Below, piece after piece: positions 1 through 10,262 of a stretch of DNA of 38,829 bases. The DNA is from Escherichia phage N7. The notes beneath the pieces are model-generated. The model did not search any database and was not told the DNA's origin. It was given only the letters and a program-made list of their open reading frames with translations. The position numbers and the translations under genes were made by a program. The DNA lies in sequence record MH717096.1. The stretch is one strand, 5' to 3'. How positions within the stretch are numbered: position 1 is the first letter of the stretch; every line of letters begins with the position of its first letter.

Positions 1-423
1 TATCAAGAGGCGTATGCCGAACAGGCACGCAAACTGTGCTTGCTGGGCTACACCGATGCAGAGCTTGCTGATTTCTTCGAAGTCAGTGAGTCAACTATTA
101 ACAAGTGGAAGCTTGATTATCCTGAGTTTTCGGAGTCCATAAAAAAGGGTAAGGCCGTCGCTGATGCAGAAGTTAGTGATCGTCTTTATCAACGAGCTAT
201 GGGCTTCGTGGCTCCAGACATCGATATTCGTGTTATTGAAAACAGAATTGTCGAAACTCCGCTTGAGAAGTATTACCCGCCTGATACAACCGCCGCCATC
301 TTCTGGCTTAAGAACCGACAGAAGGATAAATGGCGCGACAAGGTTGATCACGAGCTAACAGGCAAAGACGGCGGCGCAATCCAGATTGAAACATCACCGA
401 TGAGCACTCTATTCGGAAAATGA
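1..423 (+). CDS. terminase small subunit, 3' portion (first 6 codons lie at 38812-38829)
   Basis: Frame 1 is open from nt 1; HTH-like LGYTDAELADFFEVSESTINKWK; C-terminus ...GKDGGAIQIETSPMSTLFGK matches recalled Sf6-type TerS; stop overlaps terL start (ATGA at 420-423). Confidence 0.7.
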   Translation, partial: YQEAYAEQARKLCLLGYTDAELADFFEVSESTINKWKLDYPEFSESIKKGKAVADAEVSDRLYQRAMGFVAPDIDIRVIENRIVETPLEKYYPPDTTAAIFWLKNRQKDKWRDKVDHELTGKDGGAIQIETSPMSTLFGK

Positions 424-1832
424 CCTCGATTAATCCTATCTTTGAACCGTTCATTGAGGCGCATCGCTACAAAGTCGCCAAAGGCGGTCGAGGTAGCGGT
501 AAGTCATGGGCAATTGCTAGGCTGCTTGTTGAAGCGGCGCGTCGGCAGCCTGTGCGTATTCTCTGCGCTCGTGAACTGCAAAACAGTATCAGCGATTCGG
601 TAATCCGGTTGCTTGAAGATACCATCGAGCGTGAAGGGTATTCGGCTGAGTTTGAAATTCAGCGTTCCATGATTCGTCATCTCGGAACGAATGCTGAGTT
701 CATGTTCTACGGCATCAAAAACAACCCGACGAAGATTAAATCGCTCGAAGGCATTGATATCTGCTGGGTGGAAGAAGCGGAAGCGGTAACGAAGGAATCA
801 TGGGATATCCTGATTCCAACCATCCGTAAGCCGTTCTCTGAAATATGGGTGAGCTTTAACCCGAAGAACATCCTCGACGATACTTATCAGCGATTCGTTG
901 TAAATCCTCCCGATGATATTTGCCTGCTGACGGTGAACTACACCGACAACCCGCACTTTCCTGAAGTTCTCCGTCTGGAGATGGAAGAGTGTAAACGCAG
1001 AAATCCGACACTGTATCGTCACATCTGGCTTGGTGAGCCAGTGAGCGCAAGTGATATGGCAGTCATCAAACGTGAATGGCTTGAAGCCGCAACCGATGCG
1101 CACAAGAAACTCGGATGGAAAGCGAAAGGCGCTGTTGTCTCTGCGCATGACCCATCAGATACAGGGCCAGATGCTAAAGGTTATGCATCGCGTCACGGTT
1201 CGGTTGTTAAGCGCATTGCCGAAGGTCTGCTGATGGACATCAACGAGGGTGCTGACTGGGCTACTTCGCTGGCGATTGAAGACGGCGCTGACCACTACTT
1301 GTGGGATGGTGATGGTGTTGGTGCCGGGCTACGCAGACAGACAACGGAAGCGTTCTCCGGCAAGAAAATCACCGCCACGATGTTCAAAGGCAGCGAATCG
1401 CCATTCGATGAAGATGCGCCGTATCAGGCCGGAGCATGGGCTGATGAAGTCGTACAGGGTGACAACGTTCGCACTATTGGCGATGTGTTCCGCAATAAGC
1501 GAGCGCAATTCTATTACGCGCTGGCTGACAGGTTGTATCTGACATATCGGGCGGTTGTCCACGGTGAGTATGCAGACCCCGACGACATGCTGAGCTTCGA
1601 CAAAGAAGCGATAGGCGAGAAGATGTTGGAGAAGCTGTTTGCAGAACTGACGCAGATTCAGCGCAAATTCAATAACAACGGGAAGCTGGAGCTTATGACT
1701 AAGGTCGAAATGAAGCAGAAGCTCGGTATTCCATCTCCTAACCTGGCTGATGCGCTGATGATGTGTATGCATTGCCCGGCATTGGTCCGCGAAGAAACAG
1801 AAATATACGTTCCCTCATCCTCCGGTTGGTAA
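420..1832 (+). CDS. terminase large subunit
   Basis: 470 aa ORF; N-terminal Walker A-like KVAKGGRGSGKS; sits between terS and portal; N-terminus matches recalled Sf6/P22-like TerL. Confidence 0.9.
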   Translation: MTSINPIFEPFIEAHRYKVAKGGRGSGKSWAIARLLVEAARRQPVRILCARELQNSISDSVIRLLEDTIEREGYSAEFEIQRSMIRHLGTNAEFMFYGIKNNPTKIKSLEGIDICWVEEAEAVTKESWDILIPTIRKPFSEIWVSFNPKNILDDTYQRFVVNPPDDICLLTVNYTDNPHFPEVLRLEMEECKRRNPTLYRHIWLGEPVSASDMAVIKREWLEAATDAHKKLGWKAKGAVVSAHDPSDTGPDAKGYASRHGSVVKRIAEGLLMDINEGADWATSLAIEDGADHYLWDGDGVGAGLRRQTTEAFSGKKITATMFKGSESPFDEDAPYQAGAWADEVVQGDNVRTIGDVFRNKRAQFYYALADRLYLTYRAVVHGEYADPDDMLSFDKEAIGEKMLEKLFAELTQIQRKFNNNGKLELMTKVEMKQKLGIPSPNLADALMMCMHCPALVREETEIYVPSSSGW

Positions 1833-1834
1833 AC

Positions 1835-3961
1835 ATGGCAGAGACATTAGAGAAAAAACATGAGCGGATCATGCTCAGGTTTGACCGCGCCTATTCTCCA
1901 CAGAAGGAAGTGCGCGAAAAGTGCATTGAAGCTACGAGGTTTGCTCGTGTCCCCGGAGGTCAATGGGAAGGAGCAACGGCGGCTGGAACTAAGCTTGATG
2001 AGCAGTTCGAGAAGTATCCTAAGTTTGAAATCAATAAGGTAGCAACTGAACTTAACCGCATCATTGCAGAATACCGCAATAACAGAATCACTGTTAAGTT
2101 TCGTCCTGGTGACAGAGAGGCAAGCGAAGAGTTAGCCAATAAATTAAATGGTCTGTTCCGTGCTGACTACGAAGAAACTGATGGCGGTGAGGCTTGCGAT
2201 AATGCATTTGACGACGCTGCTACTGGTGGTTTCGGTTGCTTCCGTTTGACGTCGATGCTGGTCAATGAATACGACCCCATGGACGATCGTCAGCGTATTG
2301 CTATTGAACCAATATACGACCCGTCGCGCTCTGTGTGGTTTGACCCTGACGCTAAGAAGTACGACAAATCTGACGCGTTGTGGGCGTTCTGCATGTATTC
2401 GTTGTCACCTGAAAAATATGAGGCTGAATACGGAAAGAAACCTCCTGCTTCTCTGGATGTAACGTCTATGACCAGTTGGGAATATGACTGGTTTGATGAA
2501 GATGTTATTTACATAGCGAAGTATTACGAAGTTCGTAAAGAGTCTGTTGACGTCATCAGTTATCGACATCCAATCACTGGAGAGATTGCAACATACGACA
2601 GTGATCAGGTTGAAGATATTGAAGATGAACTGGCAATAGCTGGATTTCATGAAGTGGCAAGGCGCTCAGTGAAGCGCCGTCGTGTGTATGTATCCGTAGT
2701 GGATGGTGATGGTTTCCTTGAGAAACCTCGACGTATTCCTGGTGAACATATCCCCCTCATCCCGGTTTATGGAAAACGCTGGTTCATTGATGACATTGAG
2801 CGTGTCGAAGGACATATTGCAAAAGCAATGGATCCACAGCGTTTGTATAACCTTCAGGTATCAATGCTGGCTGATACTGCAGCACAAGACCCCGGTCAGA
2901 TCCCTATAGTTGGCATGGAGCAAATTCGTGGACTTGAGAAGCACTGGGAGGCTCGCAACAAGAAACGACCAGCGTTCTTGCCGTTGCGCGAAGTGAGAGA
3001 TAAATCTGGCAACATCATCGCTGGAGCTACCCCGGCAGGATATACACAGCCCGCGATTATGAATCAGGCATTGGCTGCATTACTACAGCAAACCAGTGCT
3101 GATATTCAGGAGGTTACAGGCGGCAGTCAGGCCATGCAGCAGATGCCAAGTAATATTGCTCAGGAAACGGTTAACAACTTGATGAACAGAGCAGATATGG
3201 CTTCGTTTATCTATCTGGACAATATGGCGAAAAGTCTTAAACGCGCTGGTGAAGTATGGCTGTCAATGGCTCGTGAAGTGTACGGTTCAGAGCGTGAAGT
3301 GCGCATCGTTAACGAAGATGGAAGTGATGATATCGCTGTCCTGAGCGCACAGGTTGTTGACAGGCAAACAGGGGCTGTTGTTGCGTTAAATGACCTTTCT
3401 GTCGGTCGATACGATGTGACGGTTGATGTTGGACCAAGCTACACAGCACGACGTGATGCAACGGTTTCTGTACTGACAAATGTCCTTAGCTCTATGCTTC
3501 CAACAGACCCAATGCGTCCGGCAATTCAGGGTATTATTCTGGACAATATCGATGGCGAAGGCCTTGATGACTTCAAAGAGTACAACCGAAACCAACTGCT
3601 GATATCTGGCATTGCAAAACCACGCAATGAGAAAGAGCAGCAGATTGTTCAACAGGCGCAAATGGCAGCACAAAGCCAGCCAAATCCTGAAATGGTTCTC
3701 GCTCAGGCGCAAATGGTAGCAGCGCAGGCAGAAGCGCAAAAAGCAACTAACGAAACTGCTCAAACTCAAATCAAAGCATTTACTGCCCAGCAGGATGCGA
3801 TGGAGAGTCAGGCAAACACTGTCTATAAACTGGCTCAAGCCAGAAACATCGATGACAAAGCAGTGATGGAGGCAATACGCCTTCTGAAAGATGTCGCCGA
3901 GTCACAACAACAGCAATTCCAGTCACCACCACAGTCTCCGGCAGACTTAATGCCGAGTTAA
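1835..3961 (+). CDS. portal protein
   Basis: 708 aa from ATG 1835 just after terL stop; the ORF-track start at 1763 is an in-frame upstream extension overlapping terL; Q/A-rich C-terminal tail typical of P22-like portals. Confidence 0.85.
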   Translation: MAETLEKKHERIMLRFDRAYSPQKEVREKCIEATRFARVPGGQWEGATAAGTKLDEQFEKYPKFEINKVATELNRIIAEYRNNRITVKFRPGDREASEELANKLNGLFRADYEETDGGEACDNAFDDAATGGFGCFRLTSMLVNEYDPMDDRQRIAIEPIYDPSRSVWFDPDAKKYDKSDALWAFCMYSLSPEKYEAEYGKKPPASLDVTSMTSWEYDWFDEDVIYIAKYYEVRKESVDVISYRHPITGEIATYDSDQVEDIEDELAIAGFHEVARRSVKRRRVYVSVVDGDGFLEKPRRIPGEHIPLIPVYGKRWFIDDIERVEGHIAKAMDPQRLYNLQVSMLADTAAQDPGQIPIVGMEQIRGLEKHWEARNKKRPAFLPLREVRDKSGNIIAGATPAGYTQPAIMNQALAALLQQTSADIQEVTGGSQAMQQMPSNIAQETVNNLMNRADMASFIYLDNMAKSLKRAGEVWLSMAREVYGSEREVRIVNEDGSDDIAVLSAQVVDRQTGAVVALNDLSVGRYDVTVDVGPSYTARRDATVSVLTNVLSSMLPTDPMRPAIQGIILDNIDGEGLDDFKEYNRNQLLISGIAKPRNEKEQQIVQQAQMAAQSQPNPEMVLAQAQMVAAQAEAQKATNETAQTQIKAFTAQQDAMESQANTVYKLAQARNIDDKAVMEAIRLLKDVAESQQQQFQSPPQSPADLMPS

Positions 3962-3974
3962 CCAGGAGTAATCA

Positions 3975-4859
3975 ATGGAAAACGAACTGATCATCGACGG
4001 TCAGGTTATTGGCCTGTCTGAAACACAGGAAAATGCAGAAGAAACCATCATCCAAACAGAGTCACAGCCTGAGAATGAAAGCCAGGATGACAACGGTAAA
4101 GAGGTGGCAACTGAGCCTGAAAAAACCGAAGAGACACCAGAAGATTACGCCTTGCGTATTGGTGATGAAGAAATTCAGCTTAACGCTGACGATGATGATC
4201 ACATTGACGGGCAACCTGCACCGCAATGGGTGAAAGATCTTCGCAAAGGCTTCAAAGAAACACAGAAAGAAAACCGTGAGTTGCGCCGCCAGCTTGAGGA
4301 AGCATTAGCCAAGCCTGCGGAACATCAGCAACCACAACCAGACGCTATTCCACCAAAACCGACTCTTGAGTCGTGTGATTATGACGAACAGGCGTTTGAG
4401 CAGGCATTGACTGATTGGCATGAGAAAAAAGGCCGTGTCGAACAGCAGCAGCAACAAAAACTACGTCAGCAACAGGAATACCAACAGCGTTTCCAGCAAA
4501 GGGTAGAAGCGCATAAACAACGGGCAGCCAAACTTCCTGTGAAAGATTATCAGGAAATGGAGGCCATTGTTCTTAGTGAGCTACCACCAATTCAGCAGGA
4601 AATCATCATTCACTGTGCAGACGAAGGCTCTGAACTACTCGCCTATGGCTTAGGTAAGAGCCAGCAATTACGCCAGCGTGTAGCCGCTGAGACAGATCCA
4701 ATTCGCGCAGCATTCCTCTTGGGGCAGATTAGCAAACAGGTAAGCCTTGCTCCAAAACCAAAGAAAGCCATCAAGCCAGAGCCGGAAGTACGTGGTGGCG
4801 GTGCTGATGCGAAACAAGACGAATTCAACAAATTATGCCCCGGCGCAAAAATCGAATAA
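3975..4859 (+). CDS. scaffolding protein
   Basis: 294 aa between portal and coat; acidic N-terminus, Q/E-rich helical middle (QQQQQKLRQQQEYQQRFQQR), basic C-terminus; SD GGAG before ATG. Confidence 0.7.
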   Translation: MENELIIDGQVIGLSETQENAEETIIQTESQPENESQDDNGKEVATEPEKTEETPEDYALRIGDEEIQLNADDDDHIDGQPAPQWVKDLRKGFKETQKENRELRRQLEEALAKPAEHQQPQPDAIPPKPTLESCDYDEQAFEQALTDWHEKKGRVEQQQQQKLRQQQEYQQRFQQRVEAHKQRAAKLPVKDYQEMEAIVLSELPPIQQEIIIHCADEGSELLAYGLGKSQQLRQRVAAETDPIRAAFLLGQISKQVSLAPKPKKAIKPEPEVRGGGADAKQDEFNKLCPGAKIE

Positions 4860-4870
4860 GGAAAAGATAA

Positions 4871-6142
4871 ATGCCTAACAATCTCGACAGTAACGTCAGT
4901 CAAATCGTTCTGAAAAAATTCCTTCCTGGTTTTATGTCAGATTTAGTTCTGGCGAAAACCGTAGACCGTCAGTTGCTGGCAGGTGAAATCAACTCCAGCA
5001 CTGGCGATAGCGTTAGCTTTAAACGTCCGCATCAATTCTCATCCCTCCGTACTCCCACTGGTGATATTTCAGGGAAAAATAAAAACAACCTGATCTCAGG
5101 TAAAGCTACGGGGCGTGTAGGTAACTACATCACTGTTGCTGTTGAATATCAGCAACTGGAGGAAGCGATCAAGCTTAATCAACTGGAAGAAATTCTCGCG
5201 CCGGTTCGCCAGCGAATCGTTACCGACCTTGAAACAGAGCTTGCTCACTTCATGATGAATAACGGTGCGTTGTCACTTGGTAGCCCCAACACTCCAATCA
5301 CCAAATGGTCTGATGTTGCGCAGACGGCATCTTTCCTGAAAGACCTCGGCGTTAATGAAGGTGAAAACTATGCTGTAATGGATCCATGGTCTGCACAGCG
5401 ACTTGCTGATGCGCAGACTGGTTTGCACGCTTCAGATCAATTGGTTCGTACTGCATGGGAGAATGCGCAGATTCCAACCAATTTTGGCGGCATTCGCGCA
5501 CTGATGTCTAATGGGCTTGCCTCTCGTACGCAGGGGGCATTTGGCGGAACACTGACAGTCAAAACACAGCCAACTGTTACCTATAACGCAGTTAAAGACT
5601 CATACCAGTTCACTGTAACATTGACCGGAGCGACAGCCAGCGTTACAGGTTTTCTGAAAGCTGGTGATCAGGTTAAATTCACCAATACCTACTGGCTGCA
5701 ACAGCAGACCAAACAGGCGTTGTATAACGGAGCCACACCAATTAGCTTCACTGCAACGGTTACTGCTGATGCTGATTCAGACAGCAGTGGCGATGTGACG
5801 GTTACGCTTTCTGGTGTTCCGATTTATGACACTACAAACCCGCAGTACAACTCTGTAAGTCGTCAGGTAGCGGCAGGCGATGCCGTATCTGTAGTAGGCA
5901 CTGCTAGCCAGACAATGAAGCCAAACCTGTTCTATAACAAGTTCTTCTGTGGACTTGGCTCTATCCCACTGCCGAAACTGCACAGTATTGATTCTGCTGT
6001 TGCAACATATGAAGGTTTCTCCATCCGCGTACATAAATACGCAGATGGCGATGCCAACGTGCAAAAAATGCGCTTCGACTTACTGCCTGCATATGTGTGC
6101 TTTAACCCTCACATGGGCGGTCAGTTCTTCGGTAATCCGTAA
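4871..6142 (+). CDS. major capsid (coat) protein
   Basis: 423 aa ORF directly after scaffold; followed by a strong intrinsic terminator; size and position match P22/Sf6-like coat. Confidence 0.8.
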   Translation: MPNNLDSNVSQIVLKKFLPGFMSDLVLAKTVDRQLLAGEINSSTGDSVSFKRPHQFSSLRTPTGDISGKNKNNLISGKATGRVGNYITVAVEYQQLEEAIKLNQLEEILAPVRQRIVTDLETELAHFMMNNGALSLGSPNTPITKWSDVAQTASFLKDLGVNEGENYAVMDPWSAQRLADAQTGLHASDQLVRTAWENAQIPTNFGGIRALMSNGLASRTQGAFGGTLTVKTQPTVTYNAVKDSYQFTVTLTGATASVTGFLKAGDQVKFTNTYWLQQQTKQALYNGATPISFTATVTADADSDSSGDVTVTLSGVPIYDTTNPQYNSVSRQVAAGDAVSVVGTASQTMKPNLFYNKFFCGLGSIPLPKLHSIDSAVATYEGFSIRVHKYADGDANVQKMRFDLLPAYVCFNPHMGGQFFGNP

Positions 6143-6146
6143 TAAC

Positions 6147-6175
6147 AAGGGGCTTACGCCCCTTTTATGTTTTAA
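6147..6175 (+). terminator. rho-independent terminator after coat gene
   Basis: Hairpin AAGGGGC-TTAC-GCCCCTT followed by TTTATGTTTT. Confidence 0.6.
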
Positions 6176-6184
6176 GGAAACAAT

Positions 6185-6370
6185 ATGGATCGCATGAGTG
6201 TATTCCTTGCCGCAGATAACGAATCCGGGCATGTACAGGCCGTTATCGCAGAAAAAGACTTCCAGTTTTTCGAAAGGTTGGGCTTTGTTGCCTCAGTTGA
6301 TGAATTGAAACCGACCAGTAAGCGAGGTCGTAAGGCGGCGGACAATGGCAACAGTACTGACAAAGGGTGA
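6185..6370 (+). CDS. hypothetical small protein (61 aa)
   Basis: ATG preceded by AAGGAAA; overlaps start of next gene; no recognisable motif. Confidence 0.4.
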   Translation: MDRMSVFLAADNESGHVQAVIAEKDFQFFERLGFVASVDELKPTSKRGRKAADNGNSTDKG

Positions 6371-6827
6371 GATCGTCCTTTTTGCGCTTCGTAAGTTTGC
6401 TATTGCTTCTAATGCATCGCTTACTGATGTTGAGCCGCAATCAATTGAAGATGGTGTAAATGATCTGGAAGATATGATGTCCGAGTGGATGATTAACCCC
6501 GGCGACATTGGTTACGCTTTCGCAACTGGAGATGAGCAGCCATTACCAGATGATGAGTCAGGTCTTCCAAGAAAATACAAACACGCAGTAGGCTATCAGT
6601 TATTGCTGAGAATGCTATCTGATTACAGCCTTGAACCAAATCCGCAAGTTCTCAGTAACGCCCAACGCTCATATGATGCCTTGATGACCGACACTCTGGT
6701 TGTTCCTTCAATGAGACGACGTGGAGATTTTCCTGTGGGACAGGGTAATAAATATGACGTGTTTACATCTGACCGATATTATCCAGGCGATCTCCCTCTG
6801 ATTGATGGCGATATCCCAAACGCATAG
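6345..6827 (+). CDS. head-completion / tail accessory protein (P22 gp4-like)
   Basis: 160 aa; N-terminal ...ASLTDVEPQS... resembles recalled P22 gp4; position after coat. Confidence 0.6.
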   Translation: MATVLTKGEIVLFALRKFAIASNASLTDVEPQSIEDGVNDLEDMMSEWMINPGDIGYAFATGDEQPLPDDESGLPRKYKHAVGYQLLLRMLSDYSLEPNPQVLSNAQRSYDALMTDTLVVPSMRRRGDFPVGQGNKYDVFTSDRYYPGDLPLIDGDIPNA

Positions 6828-6835
6828 GTGAATAA

Positions 6836-8254
6836 ATGCCGATTCAGCAACTTCCGCTCATGAAAGGTGTCGGCAAAGACTTCCGAAATGCCGACTATAT
6901 AGACTATCTGCCAGTGAATATGCTGGCTACACCCAAAGAAATCCTGAACAGCAGCGGATATCTTCGCTCATTCCCGGGCATTGCCAAACGTTCTGATGTG
7001 AACGGTGTATCGCGCGGCGTCGAGTACAACATGGCGCAGAGTGCTGTTTATCGCGTGTGTGGTGGCAAGCTGTACAAAGGCGAAAGTGAAGTCGGTGATG
7101 TTGCCGGAAGTGGTCGCGTATCAATGGCACATGGTCGGACATCACAGGCGGTAGGTGTTAACGGGCAACTGGTCGAATACCGCTATGATGGCACGGTTAA
7201 AACCGTCTCAAACTGGCCTACAGATAGCGGATTCACTCAGTATGAGTTAGGTTCGGTTCGTGACATTACACGATTACGTGGGCGTTATGCGTGGTCAAAA
7301 GACGGCACTGATTCATGGTTTATCACTGACCTTGAAGACGAATCGCATCCTGACCGCTACAGCGCACAATATCGCGCAGAATCGCAGCCTGACGGCATCA
7401 TCGGCATAGGTACATGGCGAGACTTCATCGTCTGCTTTGGTTCATCGACGATTGAATATTTTTCCCTGACTGGTGCAACCACAGTTGGTGCTGCTTTGTA
7501 TGTCGCACAGCCATCGCTGATGGTGCAGAAAGGCATTGCCGGGACTTACTGCAAAACGCCGTTTGCTGATTCGTATGCGTTCATCAGCAATCCTGCAACA
7601 GGTGCGCCGTCTGTGTACATCATCGGCTCCGGTCAGGTGTCACCAATCGCCAGCGCGAGCATTGAGAAAATTCTCCGCTCCTACACTGCTGATGAACTGG
7701 CTGAGGGTGTGATGGAGTCTCTGCGATTTGATGCGCATGAGTTGCTGATTATCCACCTTCCTCGCCATGTTCTCGTGTACGACGCATCTTCAAGCGCCAA
7801 TGGTCCGCAATGGTGCGTACTGAAAACAGGACTGTATGACGATGTGTACCGCGCTATCGACTTCATTTATGAGGGCAATCAGATAACGTGCGGCGACAAA
7901 CTGGAATCGGTGACCGGGAAATTGCAGTTCGATATCAGCAGCCAGTACGACAAGCAACAGGAACACCTGCTGTTTACTCCGTTGTTCAAAGCGGATAACG
8001 CCAGATGTTTTGATCTGGAGGTGGAATCATCGACGGGTGTCGCTCAGTACGCCGACCGCCTGTTCCTCTCGGCAACCACTGATGGCATCAATTACGGTCG
8101 TGAGCAGATGATTGAGCAGAATGAACCGTTCGTTTACGACAAGCGTGTTTTGTGGAAGAGAGTAGGGCGCATCAGGAAAAATGTCGGCTTCAAATTGCGC
8201 GTTATCACGAAGTCACCTGTCACTCTGTCAGGCTGCCAGATAAGGATCGAGTAA
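6836..8254 (+). CDS. tail hub protein (P22 gp10-like)
   Basis: 472 aa, same length and position as P22 gp10; stop overlaps tail-needle start (TAATG). Confidence 0.65.
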   Translation: MPIQQLPLMKGVGKDFRNADYIDYLPVNMLATPKEILNSSGYLRSFPGIAKRSDVNGVSRGVEYNMAQSAVYRVCGGKLYKGESEVGDVAGSGRVSMAHGRTSQAVGVNGQLVEYRYDGTVKTVSNWPTDSGFTQYELGSVRDITRLRGRYAWSKDGTDSWFITDLEDESHPDRYSAQYRAESQPDGIIGIGTWRDFIVCFGSSTIEYFSLTGATTVGAALYVAQPSLMVQKGIAGTYCKTPFADSYAFISNPATGAPSVYIIGSGQVSPIASASIEKILRSYTADELAEGVMESLRFDAHELLIIHLPRHVLVYDASSSANGPQWCVLKTGLYDDVYRAIDFIYEGNQITCGDKLESVTGKLQFDISSQYDKQQEHLLFTPLFKADNARCFDLEVESSTGVAQYADRLFLSATTDGINYGREQMIEQNEPFVYDKRVLWKRVGRIRKNVGFKLRVITKSPVTLSGCQIRIE

Positions 8255-9102
8255 TGGCTGATTCGAATCTCAATGAGCCGGTAATCATCCAGGCTACGCG
8301 GCTCGACACATCAGTCCTTCCACGCAATATCTTCTCGCAGTCGTATCTGCTTTACGTTATCGCACAGGGCACTGATGTTGGTAACGTGGCTAACAAGGCC
8401 AACGAGGCCGGACAGGGCGCTTATGATGCACAAGTCAGGAACGATGAGCAGGATGTGATTCTCGCTGACCATGAGCAGCGAATTTCTGCTGCAGAAGCAA
8501 CGCTTGTTAATCATGAGGAGCGAATCAGCCAGGCAGAATCAACTCTTCAGGAACATGAAACACGAATCACTCAGAATGAAAGCGATATTGCGTCGCTTGA
8601 TACCAGAGTTCAGTCGCTGGAGTCGCAGGTTTCAGACCATGAAACGCGCATTGATGCTCTGGAGTATGCAACCACACGCAAGAAGTCAGAGGTTGTTTAC
8701 TCTGGCGTATCAGTAACCATCCCGACAGCGCCGACCAACCTTGTTAGCCTGCTGAAAACGCTCACGCCGTCATCCGGGACGTTGGCACCATTCTTCGACA
8801 CTGTTAACAACAAGATGGTTGTGTTCAACGAGAACAAAACCTTGTTCTTCAAGCTGTCGATCGTCGGGACGTGGCCCAGCGGAACCGCCAACAGGTCAAT
8901 GCAGCTAACCTTTTCCGGCTCTGTTCCTGACACACTGGTAAGCAGTCGCAACTCGGCGACAACGACCGATAACATCCTGTTAGCTACGTTCTTCAGCGTG
9001 GATAAAGACGGCTTTCTTGCCACAAATGGCAGCACGTTAACCATTCAGTCGAATGGTGCGTCGTTTACTGCCACAACCATCAAGATAATCGCGGAGCAGT
9101 AA
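8254..9102 (+). CDS. tail needle protein (P22 gp26-like) with extended C-terminal domain
   Basis: ATG at 8254 gives [43 protein letters not shown], close to recalled gp26 N-terminus; heptad-like [18 protein letters not shown] repeats; about 50 aa longer than P22 gp26. Confidence 0.7.
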   Translation: MADSNLNEPVIIQATRLDTSVLPRNIFSQSYLLYVIAQGTDVGNVANKANEAGQGAYDAQVRNDEQDVILADHEQRISAAEATLVNHEERISQAESTLQEHETRITQNESDIASLDTRVQSLESQVSDHETRIDALEYATTRKKSEVVYSGVSVTIPTAPTNLVSLLKTLTPSSGTLAPFFDTVNNKMVVFNENKTLFFKLSIVGTWPSGTANRSMQLTFSGSVPDTLVSSRNSATTTDNILLATFFSVDKDGFLATNGSTLTIQSNGASFTATTIKIIAEQ

Positions 9103-9557
9103 TGATTCAGTTCAAACCAACGCGAAACATCGACCTGATAGAAGCAGTCGGAAATCACCCTGACATTATTGCCGGGAGCAACAACGGCGATGGATACGAC
9201 TACAAACCTGATTGCCGTTACTTTGAGGTGAACGTGCACGGGCAGTTTGGCGGCATTGTTTACTATCAGGAGATTCAGCCGCTTACATTCGATTGCCACG
9301 CCATGTACCTGCCAGAGGTTCGTGGATTCAGCAAGGAAATCGGGCTGGAGTTCTGGAAATACATTCTGACTAACACCACCGTTCAGTGTGTCACATCGTT
9401 TGCTGCACGCAAATTCCGTCACGGGCAGATGTACTGCGCAATGATTGGCCTTAAGCGTGTAGGGACCATCAAGAAATACTTCAAAGGCGTGGATGACGTG
9501 ACGTTTTACAGCGCCACACGCGAAGAACTAATCGACTTCCTGAATCACGGGAGATAG
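9102..9557 (+). CDS. virion-associated protein (gp14-position)
   Basis: 151 aa ORF at the gene-14 position of the P22 order (26-14-7-20-16); assignment is positional only. Confidence 0.45.
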   Translation: MIQFKPTRNIDLIEAVGNHPDIIAGSNNGDGYDYKPDCRYFEVNVHGQFGGIVYYQEIQPLTFDCHAMYLPEVRGFSKEIGLEFWKYILTNTTVQCVTSFAARKFRHGQMYCAMIGLKRVGTIKKYFKGVDDVTFYSATREELIDFLNHGR

Positions 9558-9559
9558 CC

Positions 9560-10252
9560 ATGTTATATGCATTTAAACTGGGCAGAAAACTGCGCGGTGA
9601 GGAACCTTATTGCCCTGAAAAAGGCGGGAAAGGTGGCAGTTCTGATAAAAGCGCAAAGTATGCAGCAGAAGCTCAGAAGTATGCCGCAGACCTGCAAAAT
9701 CAGCAGTTCAACACCATCATGAATAACCTGAAGCCGTTTACTCCTCTGGCTGAGAAGTATGTCGGCAGCCTCGAAAACTTATCGTCTCTGGAGGGGCAAG
9801 GTCAGGCACTTAACCAGTATTACAACTCTCAGCAGTATAAAGACCTTGCAGGTCAGGCTCGCTATCAGAGTCTGGCGGCAGCGGAAGCAACAGGTGGATT
9901 GGGTTCCACCGCAACCAGTAATCAGTTAGCAACAATCGCACCAACGCTTGGTCAGCAATGGCTATCTGGACAAATGAACAATTACAACAACCTGGCAAAT
10001 ATCGGTCTTGGCGCTCTTCAGGGACAGGCAAACGCCGGGCAAACATATGCCAACAACATGAGTCAGATTTCGCAGCAAAGTGCGGCTCTTGCAGCGGCAA
10101 ATGCCAACAGACCATCAGCAATGCAATCTGCTATTGGCGGAGGTGCGTCTGGTGCTATTGCTGGGGCCGGACTTGCGAAATTAATTGGTTCATCAACTCC
10201 GTGGGGGGCTGCGATCGGCGGCGGTCTTGGTCTGCTTGGCTCGTTGTTTTAA
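9560..10252 (+). CDS. ejection protein (P22 gp7-like)
   Basis: 230 aa; Q/N/A/G-rich with glycine-rich hydrophobic C-terminus; size and position match gp7. Confidence 0.6.
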   Translation: MLYAFKLGRKLRGEEPYCPEKGGKGGSSDKSAKYAAEAQKYAADLQNQQFNTIMNNLKPFTPLAEKYVGSLENLSSLEGQGQALNQYYNSQQYKDLAGQARYQSLAAAEATGGLGSTATSNQLATIAPTLGQQWLSGQMNNYNNLANIGLGALQGQANAGQTYANNMSQISQQSAALAAANANRPSAMQSAIGGGASGAIAGAGLAKLIGSSTPWGAAIGGGLGLLGSLF

Positions 10253-10262
10253 GGGGTAATCA

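Noticed and set aside
1763-1834. N-terminal extension of the portal ORF overlapping terL
   Set aside because: The ATG at 1835 sits right after the terL stop; the extension would overlap terL by 70 nt in another frame.
8697-9422. Minus-strand ORFs of 115 and 125 aa inside tail needle and gp14-position genes
   Set aside because: Antisense to well-supported structural genes in a uniformly plus-strand operon.
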